DNA of 38,658 nt, taken from the IMG/VR virus record IMGVR_UViG_2529293219_000028; one strand, 5' to 3'. This stretch comes from a virus. Its lineage: Duplodnaviria; Heunggongvirae; Uroviricota; Caudoviricetes. The notes under the pieces are model-generated. The model saw nothing but the letters and a program-made list of their open reading frames with translations, was not told where the DNA came from and made no database searches. Made by a program: the position numbers and the translations under genes. Shown here piece by piece: positions 7,621 through 17,959 of this stretch (the first letter of the stretch is position 1; each line of letters begins with the position of its first letter).

Positions 7621-8696
7621 GTGATTTCCCCCACGGTCAGCAACTCTGTATCTCCGGCCATCACGGACTTCAGCGGGCTGCGAACTTCAAAATCCTCCAG
7701 TCCTTTCACCCCTGCAACAGCCCGCCAGAATGATGAAGGCAATACAAGTCCACCCGGCCGCGATTCGTTATAAAGCAGGTCTGTTAATGCCTGTTTTACG
7801 GCAGCCTGATTTTCCGGCGTTTTGGGTACAATCCTGATCTCAAACGCCACCGGCTTATTGGTCAGCTTAAACACGCTGATTGTCGGCCCAAGTGGCTGAC
7901 CAACGGGCTGGCCCGTCGCCGGATCATCATGACTGCGGATATAATCCGCCACCCGCTTCACATCACCTTCTCCGGGGAAAATGTCAGGGTTATTATCCTG
8001 AACAAAAGTCACACCAACACTACCCGCCTCAGGCCATTCAGGCTTACACCATGCCCGCGTCACGCCCGGTACTTCCCGTGCCCAGCGTTCAAAATCATAC
8101 TGTGTTCCCCCTGATGGCGGGTTCTGTACCCGGAATACCAGCCTGGACAGCAACTCCGGCACCGTTTCCACATCCGCACCACCGGTGAGTCCCGTGCCGG
8201 TGACCGTGGCTGTCTGGTTGATGCCCGCCTGTGGCGTGATAAAGGACAGGCGGGTTCCGGTCGGGGTATTTCCAGCGCGCCCCGCACTTTCCGCCTCCAC
8301 ATTAACATTCAGTGTTCCGGCTTTTCCGGTCGCAGAGCCGGTGATGCGGTACACAACCCCATCGCTTCGCTGAAGGAGTACGCCTTCCGTGATCCCTGCA
8401 TCCGTGGTCAGCATCAGTTGTACCGGTCCGTCAGCGCGGGAAGCCGGTTTACGGATGACACCCCAGAATGCGCAGTGTTTCAGGAGTTCGGCTTCATCAG
8501 CTTCTGTCGGAATTATCTGCCGGGAGATCCAGGCCAGATGTTCATGCTCCTGTGCTGACAGACCCGCCAGTGCATACGCAATGGCATTCAGGGTGGTTTC
8601 ATTCACGCCCGGCTGCGAACCGGGCAGGCGCTGGCTGATATCCTGTTGTGTCTGTGTGATCAGTTGCGCCAGTGGTAAGGGCTGATAAGGCATCAT
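7611..8696 (-). CDS. Baseplate J-like protein (Mu gp47-like)
   Basis: 361 aa; synteny. Confidence 0.75.
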   Translation of the reverse strand: MMPYQPLPLAQLITQTQQDISQRLPGSQPGVNETTLNAIAYALAGLSAQEHEHLAWISRQIIPTEADEAELLKHCAFWGVIRKPASRADGPVQLMLTTDAGITEGVLLQRSDGVVYRITGSATGKAGTLNVNVEAESAGRAGNTPTGTRLSFITPQAGINQTATVTGTGLTGGADVETVPELLSRLVFRVQNPPSGGTQYDFERWAREVPGVTRAWCKPEWPEAGSVGVTFVQDNNPDIFPGEGDVKRVADYIRSHDDPATGQPVGQPLGPTISVFKLTNKPVAFEIRIVPKTPENQAAVKQALTDLLYNESRPGGLVLPSSFWRAVAGVKGLEDFEVRSPLKSVMAGDTELLTVGEITWL

Positions 8697-9130
8697 TCCC
8701 CCTTCATATCAGCATAAAAAATCATCGGATGTCTGCTTCCGTCCGGCAGGGTGATTTTCACGGAAAGCGAAAGGCGAGCATGCCCCACACGCATGGCATG
8801 ACATACCACGGATGTGGCAGCACCGCTTTTATGCAGCCACGCCAGCGCTTCATCAGCATAGGCCTGTGCACGGCTGACCACGGAGGACAGCGTCTTTTCA
8901 CGGCTTAACAGCCAGAGACGGGAGCCAACGGGGCGCTCCCGGAAACTGTCTCCCCACCATCCCCGACGGTCACGGGTGCCGTCAGGGATTTCATCGGAAT
9001 CCAGCGCCCGCCTGTCCGTAAACAGTGAAATAATGACCGCAGTCAGCAGGCTGTTATCCGTCAGAAGATCTGCGCCGTTCAGTTGCAGGGAACCGCAACC
9101 CTGATCCCAGACGACAGCAATATCAGCCAT
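8693..9130 (-). CDS. Baseplate protein of the phage GP46 family
   Basis: Start moved to the internal Met (MADIAVVWDQG...) at 9130, adjacent to the stop of the upstream gene; ORF-track 8693..9343 would overlap that gene by about 220 nt. Confidence 0.7.
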   Translation of the reverse strand: MADIAVVWDQGCGSLQLNGADLLTDNSLLTAVIISLFTDRRALDSDEIPDGTRDRRGWWGDSFRERPVGSRLWLLSREKTLSSVVSRAQAYADEALAWLHKSGAATSVVCHAMRVGHARLSLSVKITLPDGSRHPMIFYADMKGE

Positions 9131-9737
9131 TCTCTGGTCCTCCCGTTTTGCTGCCTTCACCGTTATCGTGATGCACATGACCTGAATAGGTGATCCCGGC
9201 AATAACCGCTTCGGACATCGTGAACGTCCCCTGTGATCTTCCGGTGCCGTCAATGGACACATTGCCTTTGACATGCAGGTTCTTATCCACTGTGACATTA
9301 CCGGTAAAGTGAGCCTCCGGTGTATCCACCTGAACACCTTCATCGGCGTAAATCTCCAGCGTCTTACAGGTCACAATGATCCGGCCGTTCTTTGTCAGAC
9401 GTATACGGTGCCCCTCATGGTGATACACGCCGGTATCTCCGGCGGTAAGTCCGGTCGGGCGACTGCGGCGGTCTTCCACCACAAGCACCACGGCCTGATC
9501 CCGTTGTCCGCCAGCACAGGCCAGAAAAACTTCCGCACCAGGCAGGGGGACGCTGATTTGCCCGTACTGCTGGGGGCGTTCAACGTCATCAAAGGTTTCA
9601 CCATCCATACCGGTGATTTGCACATTCTGGATTTTCAGCGTGTCCGTTGTGCCGGTCAGTACACCACGCCCGAACAGCAGACGAACACCCCGCATCACGG
9701 GGGCCAGAAGGCGGCTGATGACTTCGTCATTCATCAT
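9123..9737 (-). CDS. Baseplate assembly protein V / central spike (Mu gp45-like)
   Basis: 204 aa; C-terminal repetitive GNVTVDKNLHVKGNVSIDG motif. Confidence 0.75.
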   Translation of the reverse strand: MMNDEVISRLLAPVMRGVRLLFGRGVLTGTTDTLKIQNVQITGMDGETFDDVERPQQYGQISVPLPGAEVFLACAGGQRDQAVVLVVEDRRSRPTGLTAGDTGVYHHEGHRIRLTKNGRIIVTCKTLEIYADEGVQVDTPEAHFTGNVTVDKNLHVKGNVSIDGTGRSQGTFTMSEAVIAGITYSGHVHHDNGEGSKTGGPENG

Positions 9738-10851
9738 TGAATTTAATCCCCTGTTTTTTCATCTGTGCCCGCACGAAGGCGTCCACGTCACCCGCATTTC
9801 CGCTTCCGCTGTTTCCCGGCTCTGCCGGAACAATAAAGCCGTCACGGGGTGCCAGAATCAGACGGGTGGTTTCGCCGTGATTTGCATCCAGCGAAAACTC
9901 CACCTGACAGACAAGAAGATCACGCTCTTCCACTCCGGTGCGGGGAGCCGTGACAGCCGTCAGCAGGTTGATATCCCACAACTGGCCGTTCTCCCGAAAC
10001 CAGTGCCGCACGGTGGCTGTCAGGCGCACAGAGCGGGCAACCGCCCGGCGCATTTCCCGGACAGCCCTCTGGCGTGCACCGTCTGCATCAACAGCATGAT
10101 CCGCCAGCACAATTTTCGGTCTGTAACGGTGGATGGCACTGTCTGTCACCGTACCAACGGGTGCGGCCAGCGTTCCGGCTGTCAGTGCATCCCCGGCATG
10201 ACCACCACCACGCCCGTGCCCCCGTACACGGTATTCACTGTGGCGCAGACGGTGATCCACGTTGTGATCCAAATCCAGCAGATTTTCGCCCAGCGTCAGC
10301 GTGTCGCCACGCTGACTGCCGGCCTGAGTGAAAACCAGTTCACCGGCGGCATTACTGGTTACCAGGACGCCTCTGTGTCTCGCGGCCCGTGTCAGCGCAT
10401 CTGCCACGGTTTCTGAGTTTTCCAGTGTGAAGGTGGAAAAGGGCCGGGCTGCCGTTGCATCATTTACCTGCCAGCGCACCGTGACCCCGAACGGAGCACA
10501 CAAATCTGAAGCAATGTGCTCCAGCGTGCGGTTCCTCCACTGGCTGCCCGGATGAATGGCTGAACAGTCCACCAGGTCACCGGTTTTATCCCGTCCGCTG
10601 AGCGTGATCTGAAAACGCGTGGCGCTGATGCGCTGCCGGACCTGATCCAGCCAGCCAGTGATCACAGGCTGACCGTCAATGCGCAATTCCAGAGACTGAC
10701 CGGCACGGACGGATGACGGAAGGCGTACACCGGGCATCATTACCCCCAGTTCAAAGGAGCCCGCCAGATGTTCAAGAGAGCGACGAACACTCACCGTCAG
10801 CCAGCCGGAAAAAATCTCACCGCCCAGATACAGTTCAACCCTGCTGCTCAC
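9727..10851 (-). CDS. Tail protein P (Mu gp44-like)
   Basis: 374 aa; synteny. Confidence 0.7.
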   Translation of the reverse strand: MSSRVELYLGGEIFSGWLTVSVRRSLEHLAGSFELGVMMPGVRLPSSVRAGQSLELRIDGQPVITGWLDQVRQRISATRFQITLSGRDKTGDLVDCSAIHPGSQWRNRTLEHIASDLCAPFGVTVRWQVNDATAARPFSTFTLENSETVADALTRAARHRGVLVTSNAAGELVFTQAGSQRGDTLTLGENLLDLDHNVDHRLRHSEYRVRGHGRGGGHAGDALTAGTLAAPVGTVTDSAIHRYRPKIVLADHAVDADGARQRAVREMRRAVARSVRLTATVRHWFRENGQLWDINLLTAVTAPRTGVEERDLLVCQVEFSLDANHGETTRLILAPRDGFIVPAEPGNSGSGNAGDVDAFVRAQMKKQGIKFNDE

Positions 10852-12184
10852 TAATCACCTCCACTGAATGGCCTCCGGGAATGAACAGCGGATCAACAAT
10901 ACCGTTACGGCGCACAAAACGTTGCCAGCCGGTACTGTTCCCGGTGGCACGGTACAGGGTCACCAGTGCAGGCTCGGTGGTACGTACAGTCACTACTGTT
11001 GCACCGGGTAGCTGAACTCCCCGTGTATTCAGATCCTCTGTCAGTGCCAGTCTGGCATCACGAAGCGTCAGCGCCGTGGCGGTATACCCCTGCCCGGACA
11101 GTGTCATCACCTGCCGTTCGAGCGCTTCGCTTAAGTCACGGTTAATGCGCTGAAGATCAACTGAACTTTCCAGCCAGACAGGCCAGGTACGGTGGGCTGC
11201 GTCACTGTCCGGCAGGGTTTCCTGACTGAGAACCTGATCCAGCAGTTTTCCCACGGTCTGTGCCTGGGCCACCACGGCAGCACTCTGCATTACCGCCCGT
11301 ATCAGACGAATATTCTTTTGTGCTGCCGGTGTCAGACCGATGAGAGTCTGCGGATTATCCTGCTCATCCAGCACGTAACGCAGGGAAGATAATGTCCTGT
11401 ACAGTTGCGGCATTCCCTGAGAGAAGGCGGATGTCGTCCGGCCGATACTGCCACCGGGCCGGGTATTCAGGCCTCCTGAAGACAGTGACGGCAGCGATGG
11501 CAGGGTGATCAGGGCACTGAAAAGCCCCGCAAAAGATGAGGCCATGCGGGAAGGTGCTGTCAGTAATGCCGTGGCATTCCCTTTCAGCGCCGTGAACGTG
11601 GCAGTAAAGGCACTGATATCCTGTACAATCCCCATGCCGGAAACGGCATTTTCCAGGGCGGACACCTTATCGCTGATGGTTTCGGTCATTGCCTGGACAT
11701 CGTGCATTCCGTCAGAAATCACCGTCCAGCCCGCTTCCAGGGTTTCAAAAACCTTCCCGAGCGCGGTGGTACTCTTCTGCTCCAGAATGGCGGCCGTGTC
11801 CTGTGTGACAGCAGGTGCGGTATCATCACTTACCGGCGTGACATTAATGGTGAACTCAACCACGCCCTGTTCAGCAGCGTTATAACGACTTTCAAAGCTG
11901 TTTATCAGCACATTTAACGTGCCGTAATCCGGGTGAAGCAGCTCCCCGGCACCGGGAGCACGAAGGGCATCACGCAGACGATTTCGCTGTGTCTGAACAT
12001 CATCCCCCATCACAAGTACACTGAACGTAAATTCAGCCAGTTTAGGTCCCAGATCGTCTGCACCACCGGTTTCCCGTAACGGATATTCCCGACGGACAAT
12101 GTTTCGCCCGCCACGTTCGCGCTGCTCACGCCAGACGAGGAACGGCACACCACGGAACGCACCACGACCGTCACCAGAGGCCAT
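10835..12184 (-). CDS. Mu N-like tail protein (DNA circularisation protein homologue)
   Basis: Start placed at MASGDGRG (Met 8 of ORF-track 10835..12205); position directly after the tape measure gene. Confidence 0.7.
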   Translation of the reverse strand: MASGDGRGAFRGVPFLVWREQRERGGRNIVRREYPLRETGGADDLGPKLAEFTFSVLVMGDDVQTQRNRLRDALRAPGAGELLHPDYGTLNVLINSFESRYNAAEQGVVEFTINVTPVSDDTAPAVTQDTAAILEQKSTTALGKVFETLEAGWTVISDGMHDVQAMTETISDKVSALENAVSGMGIVQDISAFTATFTALKGNATALLTAPSRMASSFAGLFSALITLPSLPSLSSGGLNTRPGGSIGRTTSAFSQGMPQLYRTLSSLRYVLDEQDNPQTLIGLTPAAQKNIRLIRAVMQSAAVVAQAQTVGKLLDQVLSQETLPDSDAAHRTWPVWLESSVDLQRINRDLSEALERQVMTLSGQGYTATALTLRDARLALTEDLNTRGVQLPGATVVTVRTTEPALVTLYRATGNSTGWQRFVRRNGIVDPLFIPGGHSVEVISEQQG

Positions 12185-14246
12185 AATTCCCTCCGTTCCA
12201 GACATTCACATCCAGTCCGTGACCGGACGTGTCATCAATATCAATACTGCGAGCCTGCCACCCTTCCGGGGCAACCAGCTCCACACGGGCAGAGGCTTTT
12301 TGTACCGCCTGTCCACTGCTTTCATCATCACTGCCCCGTAATTTCTGCCAGGCTTCAGTCAGCCATCCCCCCAGATAGTTACCGAGATAGCTGCCCACCG
12401 TAGAACCAATGGCAATCCCCACAGGTCCGGCTGCCGCCCCCAGCGCACCACCGGCAATACTGCCTGCAAGAGAGCCGACCGCTTCTCCCTTGTCTGTGGC
12501 ACTGGCGCTGCCATCCAGCAGAACCGGGGCTGCCATCGCGCCAGCCCACAGGGCACCTCCACCCAGCCGGCCGGCCAGTCCACCGGCACTGCGGAAAAAG
12601 CCGGAGAAACGCCCCAGCCCCATGCGGCTACCGACAGACGAAAGTAACCCACCGGCGCGCCCCATCATGCGCCCCCAGAACCCTGCCCCACCAGAAGAGG
12701 GAGACGGTGGCACTGGGGACGGTGGCAGGGGAGGCGTGACCGGTCTTCCGCGCCCCGGTCCGCGTTTCCTGCGGCCCCGCCCCTGACGTCCGCCTGAGGA
12801 TGTATCGGTCGCGCCGGTGCCGGACAGTCCTCCTGTGGGCCAGTTTGTTACAAGTACTGGCTGAACGGCTGCCGGATTTACCCCGGTAAGAAAGTTTATA
12901 AAACGTTGCCCTCGTCCCTGATATGTGCCTGGTGGTGTTCCGGCCGGAGGAGAGCGCCGGAAAGGTGAGGTCAGGAAGGCCGCCGCTGATAATCCGTATC
13001 CCAGCAATGCAGCACCCGGACGTATAATCCCCGTTCCGACAGCCCGCGCCATTTTCAGGGCACGGGTGGCGAGATACATGTACAGCAGGTATTTCGCGGC
13101 GGTCTGTGCCCCCTGACCAATGCGATCCAGCGCATCACCATAGCCCGCATCCCGCAGAGCCTGAAGCGTGTCGCGTACCTTTCTGATCGCCTGATAAAAC
13201 CCAGTCACTGCATCACGGGCATACTCAAAGCCCTGGTTCATGGCTGATGCCGTGCTTTCCGCCAGGGAATGGTAACTGCCATCAGATTTGGCACTGTCAA
13301 CCCATGAAAGAAATCCCCTGAGATTACCCTTCAGTTTTTCAAATGGCCCACTGTCCATCACATCCCGGGCAAACTGGTCCCAGACGTCACCCATCATGGC
13401 CGTCAGGCCACTCCAGGAATTCATTGCGTCCTTTTGTGCTCCCCTGGCCTGTTCCGCCAGCGTCTGAAATAACAGGCGAATACTGTCCGGCCCAAGCAGC
13501 CCTTTTTCACCAAGTTTTCTGACCACTTTCTGGTCCACACCCAGACGATCAGCCAGCACGCGGTAGGCATTAATGCCGTAGGTGGCAAGAATATTTGCAT
13601 CCGCCGCCTGAATACTGCCTCTTGCATACATCTGTTTCAGTTGCAGGGATGCCCCCTGTGCATCGGACAGTGACCAGCCGCCCACGGCACCCTGATCCTG
13701 AAGCATGGTGACAAAATTTCGGGCCTCCCTGTCACTCATACCAAAGCCCAGACTGGACGTATATTCCTGCATGACGCCAGCCAGCCCCCAGGTGGTTTCC
13801 TTCGCATTCTGTATTGCCCACCTGCGGACATCATCAGTTTTCGCCCGATCCCCTTTGTAAAGGGAGTTCAGGCGAATCATATAGGTTTCCATCTCCGCTG
13901 CCGGGCGAATAAATCCCCGGTTAAAGCCATATACAGCAGCACCACCGGCCAGCATTCCGTAAAGATTGCTGATCCGCCCGATGGTGCCGGTAATACTGCC
14001 CTGAAGACGGTCAAAATCAGAAGTGACATGGCGGATACTGCCCCGCACCCCGGCCAGCGTGCGCTGCATCCTGCTTCCGAGTACATCTGTTTCCTGCCCG
14101 GCACGGCGGGCAGCATTTCCCAGGCCACCCAGCCCCGCCTGGCCGGAGCGTGAGAATGCCCCCAGCTCCTGTGACCACTGGCGGGATTTGGCTGAGATAT
14201 TGCCGAGCAAATCAACTATCAGAGATGCTCTGAGATTTCGGGCCAT
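12171..14246 (-). CDS. Tail tape measure protein
   Basis: 691 aa; long alpha-helical N-terminal part, Gly/Pro-rich low-complexity C-terminal part; lies after the chaperone gene. Confidence 0.85.
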   Translation of the reverse strand: MARNLRASLIVDLLGNISAKSRQWSQELGAFSRSGQAGLGGLGNAARRAGQETDVLGSRMQRTLAGVRGSIRHVTSDFDRLQGSITGTIGRISNLYGMLAGGAAVYGFNRGFIRPAAEMETYMIRLNSLYKGDRAKTDDVRRWAIQNAKETTWGLAGVMQEYTSSLGFGMSDREARNFVTMLQDQGAVGGWSLSDAQGASLQLKQMYARGSIQAADANILATYGINAYRVLADRLGVDQKVVRKLGEKGLLGPDSIRLLFQTLAEQARGAQKDAMNSWSGLTAMMGDVWDQFARDVMDSGPFEKLKGNLRGFLSWVDSAKSDGSYHSLAESTASAMNQGFEYARDAVTGFYQAIRKVRDTLQALRDAGYGDALDRIGQGAQTAAKYLLYMYLATRALKMARAVGTGIIRPGAALLGYGLSAAAFLTSPFRRSPPAGTPPGTYQGRGQRFINFLTGVNPAAVQPVLVTNWPTGGLSGTGATDTSSGGRQGRGRRKRGPGRGRPVTPPLPPSPVPPSPSSGGAGFWGRMMGRAGGLLSSVGSRMGLGRFSGFFRSAGGLAGRLGGGALWAGAMAAPVLLDGSASATDKGEAVGSLAGSIAGGALGAAAGPVGIAIGSTVGSYLGNYLGGWLTEAWQKLRGSDDESSGQAVQKASARVELVAPEGWQARSIDIDDTSGHGLDVNVWNGGNYGLW

Positions 14247-14248
14247 AC

Positions 14249-14431
14249 TTACTGCTTCGTTCTGATGATTTTTTCTGTCTGTCGGCAGTGCCGGTAAAGT
14301 TGCGACAGGGGGAGGTTAAGCGCCCATTCCGGACCGCTTTTTGTCACCATCCCCAGGATAATTGCCGCTTCTTCAATCTGATCCCGACACTGCGCCTGAT
14401 CGCCCCCGGTCAGCTGCCAGCTTTCCGGCAA
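14249..14431 (-). CDS. Overlapping out-of-frame ORF between the tail chaperone and the tape measure gene; candidate frameshift extension
   Basis: 60 aa ORF overlapping the last 19 codons of the chaperone gene in another frame, ending 2 nt before the tape measure start; a G-run (CCGGGGGC) lies in the overlap. Confidence 0.3.
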   Translation of the reverse strand: MPESWQLTGGDQAQCRDQIEEAAIILGMVTKSGPEWALNLPLSQLYRHCRQTEKIIRTKQ

Positions 14432-14867
14432 GCGCGGTATCCAGCAGGCTGACCGCTGCCATCAGGCGGGAGAGATCGCGCTCGCTTAACTGTCCAATCT
14501 GACGGGGTGACAACGGACCTTCAATGTCTCCCACTGCGGCAATCTGACGGCGCAGCAGTGCAACACCGCGTAACGACGGAGACGCTATCAGCATCGGGCC
14601 ATTGTTTGTCTCCACCACGCGCTCGGCTTCTGCTTCTGCGTCAATACTGTCTTTCGCTGTCAGTTCCCGGAACGTGACACGATATTCACGGGTCTCACCA
14701 AACGGCAGACCATCAAGCAGATCCACATATCCCTTTGCCAGTTGCTCTGTCAGCCCGGCAGTGCGTGGATCAGCCCCCTCAAGTGCTTCCCGGATTGCCT
14801 CCATCACGGCTGCCTCGGAAACTGCCGTTTTTTTCTTACGTGTGGTCATTTTATTTTTCCTGATCAC
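14373..14867 (-). CDS. Tail assembly chaperone (Mu gp41-like)
   Basis: 164 aa acidic protein between the tube and tape measure genes. Confidence 0.7.
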   Translation of the reverse strand: MIRKNKMTTRKKKTAVSEAAVMEAIREALEGADPRTAGLTEQLAKGYVDLLDGLPFGETREYRVTFRELTAKDSIDAEAEAERVVETNNGPMLIASPSLRGVALLRRQIAAVGDIEGPLSPRQIGQLSERDLSRLMAAVSLLDTALAGKLAADRGRSGAVSGSD

Positions 14868-15229
14868 TGAACACGGGTACTGGAGGCGCTGGCGAACTTC
14901 ACGGAGATCTCCCCGCCACCGTCAAGCGAGGCCGGTTCACTGCTCCAGGCCTTCGTCATCATGTGGACTTCGCCGGTATCCGCCACAAACTCGATAGTGA
15001 CCGCAGTCCAGTTGTTGATTTCATCGGCGGCTGGTGAACCTTCTCCGCCTGCCGGAAATTTGCAGTCCAGCGTCGCTTCACGTGGTTTCTGGCGGTAACC
15101 ATAGACTTTCGCGCCTTTCACCACTTCACGTTCAAAACCAGACGGAGAAAATGTAGCCCCCTCAAGCGTCTCGTATTCCTGACCGTTCACACGGATAGTG
15201 GCCGTACCCTGATACTGTTTTCCGCTCAT
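14864..15229 (-). CDS. Tail tube protein (Mu M-like)
   Basis: 121 aa immediately downstream of the sheath gene. Confidence 0.8.
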   Translation of the reverse strand: MSGKQYQGTATIRVNGQEYETLEGATFSPSGFEREVVKGAKVYGYRQKPREATLDCKFPAGGEGSPAADEINNWTAVTIEFVADTGEVHMMTKAWSSEPASLDGGGEISVKFASASSTRVQ

Positions 15230-15237
15230 GCCTTACC

Positions 15238-16740
15238 TCACAAAATGAAACGGATCTGTGCTGCCAGGAAGCGGAACTGGTTAACCAGATCCGGCGTGCA
15301 TAACACGTCAAGACGGTTTCGATCTGACGCATTACGCTCCACAAGCAGATTCTTTTTAAAGGTGTCCAGATTTTCGACCAGCCCGAGTTCCACCCACTCT
15401 TCACCCAGCGAAATTAACTGAAGCTTCATGATCTCCGGCGTCACGATATTCTGACCGGCACGAACGGGCGTCCCGTCATCAGCCAGTTTATGGCGCGGAA
15501 AACGTTGTGTGATAAAAGTACGCAGGGAATAACGCAGCCAGGAGAGGGTGTAGATGGTTTCCACATCCAGATAGCTGGGATCACTTTCGCCGTACACGTT
15601 CTGGCGATACATGGTCACCTGACGTTCGATCTGAACCACATCACCGGCAGCCACACTGACCGTGGCAATCCCTCCCCACAGCAGACTGTTACGCTCTTCA
15701 CGCGTCAGACGATCGGCCGGAGCCGGGGCCATGCGTGACGGAAGCGCCAGCGTCTGAAGCGGACGCGCAGGATCTGCTCCCAGAGAGGGTGCACAGGTGG
15801 CACAGACCGCCGCTGCCCAGAGGTAATCCGGTTCAGGGGCTTTGGGAATGGATGTGCAGGTCGCCAGAAAATCATTGCGTTTTGCCCCGAATGCCTGCAC
15901 CTCACCAAACGTGCCGGTATGTGCCAGCCACAGCACGCCGTCAGACATTTTGGCCGGTCCCCAGCGTTTCAGAAGCTCATCACTGATGATTTTCAGGTTT
16001 GCATCATCCTTATAGGGCATGACGACATAGTTGTACTGGCGATCGCCCATACCCGCCACGCTTCGGGTGATATCCGGGTTAGCCGCTTTTTGTTTCGGAT
16101 AGGCTATAGCGACCTGTATTCCTTCCGGGGTTGCTTCCCCGTCGTGATAGTTCAGGCGCACATCATGAACGGAGCATTCACCGGTAAAGCGGGCGGTGAT
16201 CCCCAGAGACCCTTTCAGACCTGCGCCATTATCACCACTTCCTGCACCAGAGGAGGCCGTGAAGGGCGCGTCAGGATCGGCATTGATCAGCGCGGCCAGC
16301 TCGTCGGTCAGTTCTTTGCCTTTCTTACCTTTTGGTGCCGGGAGTGTATAACGCCGCCCCCCCACGCAGGCATAAACAATCCCGTCACGGGTGACCGTTC
16401 CGGTCAGATTCATGGCCGCAGCCGTTGCCTGTCCGGTGCCGTTCCCCTGAGCAATGGCATACAGTTCAGCATCAGGATTGATGGCGATAAATTCCGCCAC
16501 CATCAGGGCAATCATGGAGCCGCGCCCCCAGAGTTCTGTTGCCTGAGACGCACGGGTGATCCTGACCGGAACATCCAGAACACCGGCACCGTCCACGGCA
16601 TTCTCTTTCATTCTCGCCTGACCAAACAGCAGCACACACTGACGCTGTGCCGGAGTGCCGGTGACAGCCATGGAGTTATTAAACTCAACCTCAATCAGCG
16701 GTATACGGCGGTCATTACCGATCCCGTCAAAATTAATCAT
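15238..16740 (-). CDS. Contractile tail sheath protein (Mu L-like)
   Basis: 500 aa; synteny. Confidence 0.85.
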   Translation of the reverse strand: MINFDGIGNDRRIPLIEVEFNNSMAVTGTPAQRQCVLLFGQARMKENAVDGAGVLDVPVRITRASQATELWGRGSMIALMVAEFIAINPDAELYAIAQGNGTGQATAAAMNLTGTVTRDGIVYACVGGRRYTLPAPKGKKGKELTDELAALINADPDAPFTASSGAGSGDNGAGLKGSLGITARFTGECSVHDVRLNYHDGEATPEGIQVAIAYPKQKAANPDITRSVAGMGDRQYNYVVMPYKDDANLKIISDELLKRWGPAKMSDGVLWLAHTGTFGEVQAFGAKRNDFLATCTSIPKAPEPDYLWAAAVCATCAPSLGADPARPLQTLALPSRMAPAPADRLTREERNSLLWGGIATVSVAAGDVVQIERQVTMYRQNVYGESDPSYLDVETIYTLSWLRYSLRTFITQRFPRHKLADDGTPVRAGQNIVTPEIMKLQLISLGEEWVELGLVENLDTFKKNLLVERNASDRNRLDVLCTPDLVNQFRFLAAQIRFIL

Positions 16741-16982
16741 TGCGGTTTCTCCTTATCGGATGCCGGTTGGGCGACCGGTTTTTCTGTCGCAGTCGTTGCA
16801 TCCGCAGATACAGCCGGAGCCTCTTCAGCGGCTTTTTCAGCCTGAATGACATCGCCGTCATCAAGACGCCGACACCAGAACGGCGTAAAGGGCTTTTCCT
16901 CCCCCTCCTGTGCCAGCGGGCGCATTGTGTCGGGATCACGAATCAGGCGTCCCGGCGCGGGTTTGATAAAGATGGTTTTCAT
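16737..16982 (-). CDS. Mu gp38-like small protein
   Basis: 81 aa with acidic Ala/Glu-rich tail; synteny. Confidence 0.6.
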   Translation of the reverse strand: MKTIFIKPAPGRLIRDPDTMRPLAQEGEEKPFTPFWCRRLDDGDVIQAEKAAEEAPAVSADATTATEKPVAQPASDKEKPQ

Positions 16983-17543
16983 TTACAGTTCCTCCGGCGG
17001 TTCGACCGCCGTTGTCGTGTTCCCCGGCAAATCAATATGTGCCTCAAACGGCGGCGTACCGGGCGGCTCCACAAAGGTTTCGTAATGACGCAGGAAGTCG
17101 TCCAGCGAGCTGGTATCGGTCAGCGGTGCGATCATTTCCTCGCAGGAGAAATAAAGCGCATACATCACCGCACCACTGTCCGCCTGGGTTTCGGTGTAAC
17201 CGTTGACCGCCTTTTCAAAGTAAAGCGGTGAGGTTTTTTCTGTTCTGAAGCCGTTAAGCACGGCAATCAGCCGGGCCACAATCTGATACAGTCCGGGACG
17301 GCTGGCCTCACGCCCGTTGAGCATGTCGCCGATGACGTAGAACACCCAGTGACTGACCAGGCGACCACGGGTACGGCCTTCACCGGCACCCAGCCAGGCA
17401 ACGTAGATCGCCGGGGCGTTAATCAGCATGGTGCGCAGTACGCTGTCGCTCCAGTCGCCGGGATGCGTGTCAACAGACACCAGTTCATTCCCGAAATACT
17501 CACGGATACGGGCGATGTATGCCTGTTCGGTTTCCGTAATCAT
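16983..17543 (-). CDS. Mu gp37-like head-tail joining protein
   Basis: 186 aa; synteny. Confidence 0.65.
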   Translation of the reverse strand: MITETEQAYIARIREYFGNELVSVDTHPGDWSDSVLRTMLINAPAIYVAWLGAGEGRTRGRLVSHWVFYVIGDMLNGREASRPGLYQIVARLIAVLNGFRTEKTSPLYFEKAVNGYTETQADSGAVMYALYFSCEEMIAPLTDTSSLDDFLRHYETFVEPPGTPPFEAHIDLPGNTTTAVEPPEEL

Positions 17544-17959
17544 ATGAAGCCCTTCTGGTTGCGCCCGAATACCGCTGCATCAGACTGAACCTGTGGTAAA
17601 TCCCCGGATTCAGGGGCCGCACCGTTCGTATCCACACCGACCGGCACATTGCCGTTCATGACATCTTTCAGCCAGGCCAGCGCTTCACGGTAACGGTCAC
17701 GCGCCTGATCGGAGGCTCGCTGATCGCACAGGTAATAAAAGGCAATCGCGCAACAGTGCTGAACAAGAACGGCCGGAATAACCTCCAGCGGCAACGTGTA
17801 ACGGGCGGACAGATAGCTGTCGATAAGGGCTGACGCATCTGTCAGCGCCCGGTTCAGCTTGCGCGTGTCCGGCTCATCCGAACGGGGCACAGCCAGTAAC
17901 GGCCTGAGCAAATCCTCGCGGTAACGCGCCCGCATATCGGTTTCAGTGGCGTAATTCAT
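17540..17959 (-). CDS. Mu gp36-like head-tail joining protein
   Basis: 139 aa; synteny. Confidence 0.65.
   Translation of the reverse strand: MNYATETDMRARYREDLLRPLLAVPRSDEPDTRKLNRALTDASALIDSYLSARYTLPLEVIPAVLVQHCCAIAFYYLCDQRASDQARDRYREALAWLKDVMNGNVPVGVDTNGAAPESGDLPQVQSDAAVFGRNQKGFI

Noticed and set aside
9613-10416. 267 aa plus-strand ORF, and similar long plus-strand ORFs at 15919-16845, 19348-19911, 23564-24163 and 25879-26472
   Set aside because: All lie antisense to well-supported late structural genes in high-GC DNA, with Arg/Ser/Pro-rich low-complexity translations typical of frame artefacts
12359-12786. Overlapping ORFs on both strands (Pro/Gly/Arg-rich) inside the tape measure gene
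   Set aside because: Produced by the Gly/Pro-rich low-complexity segment of the tape measure protein; no independent start signals
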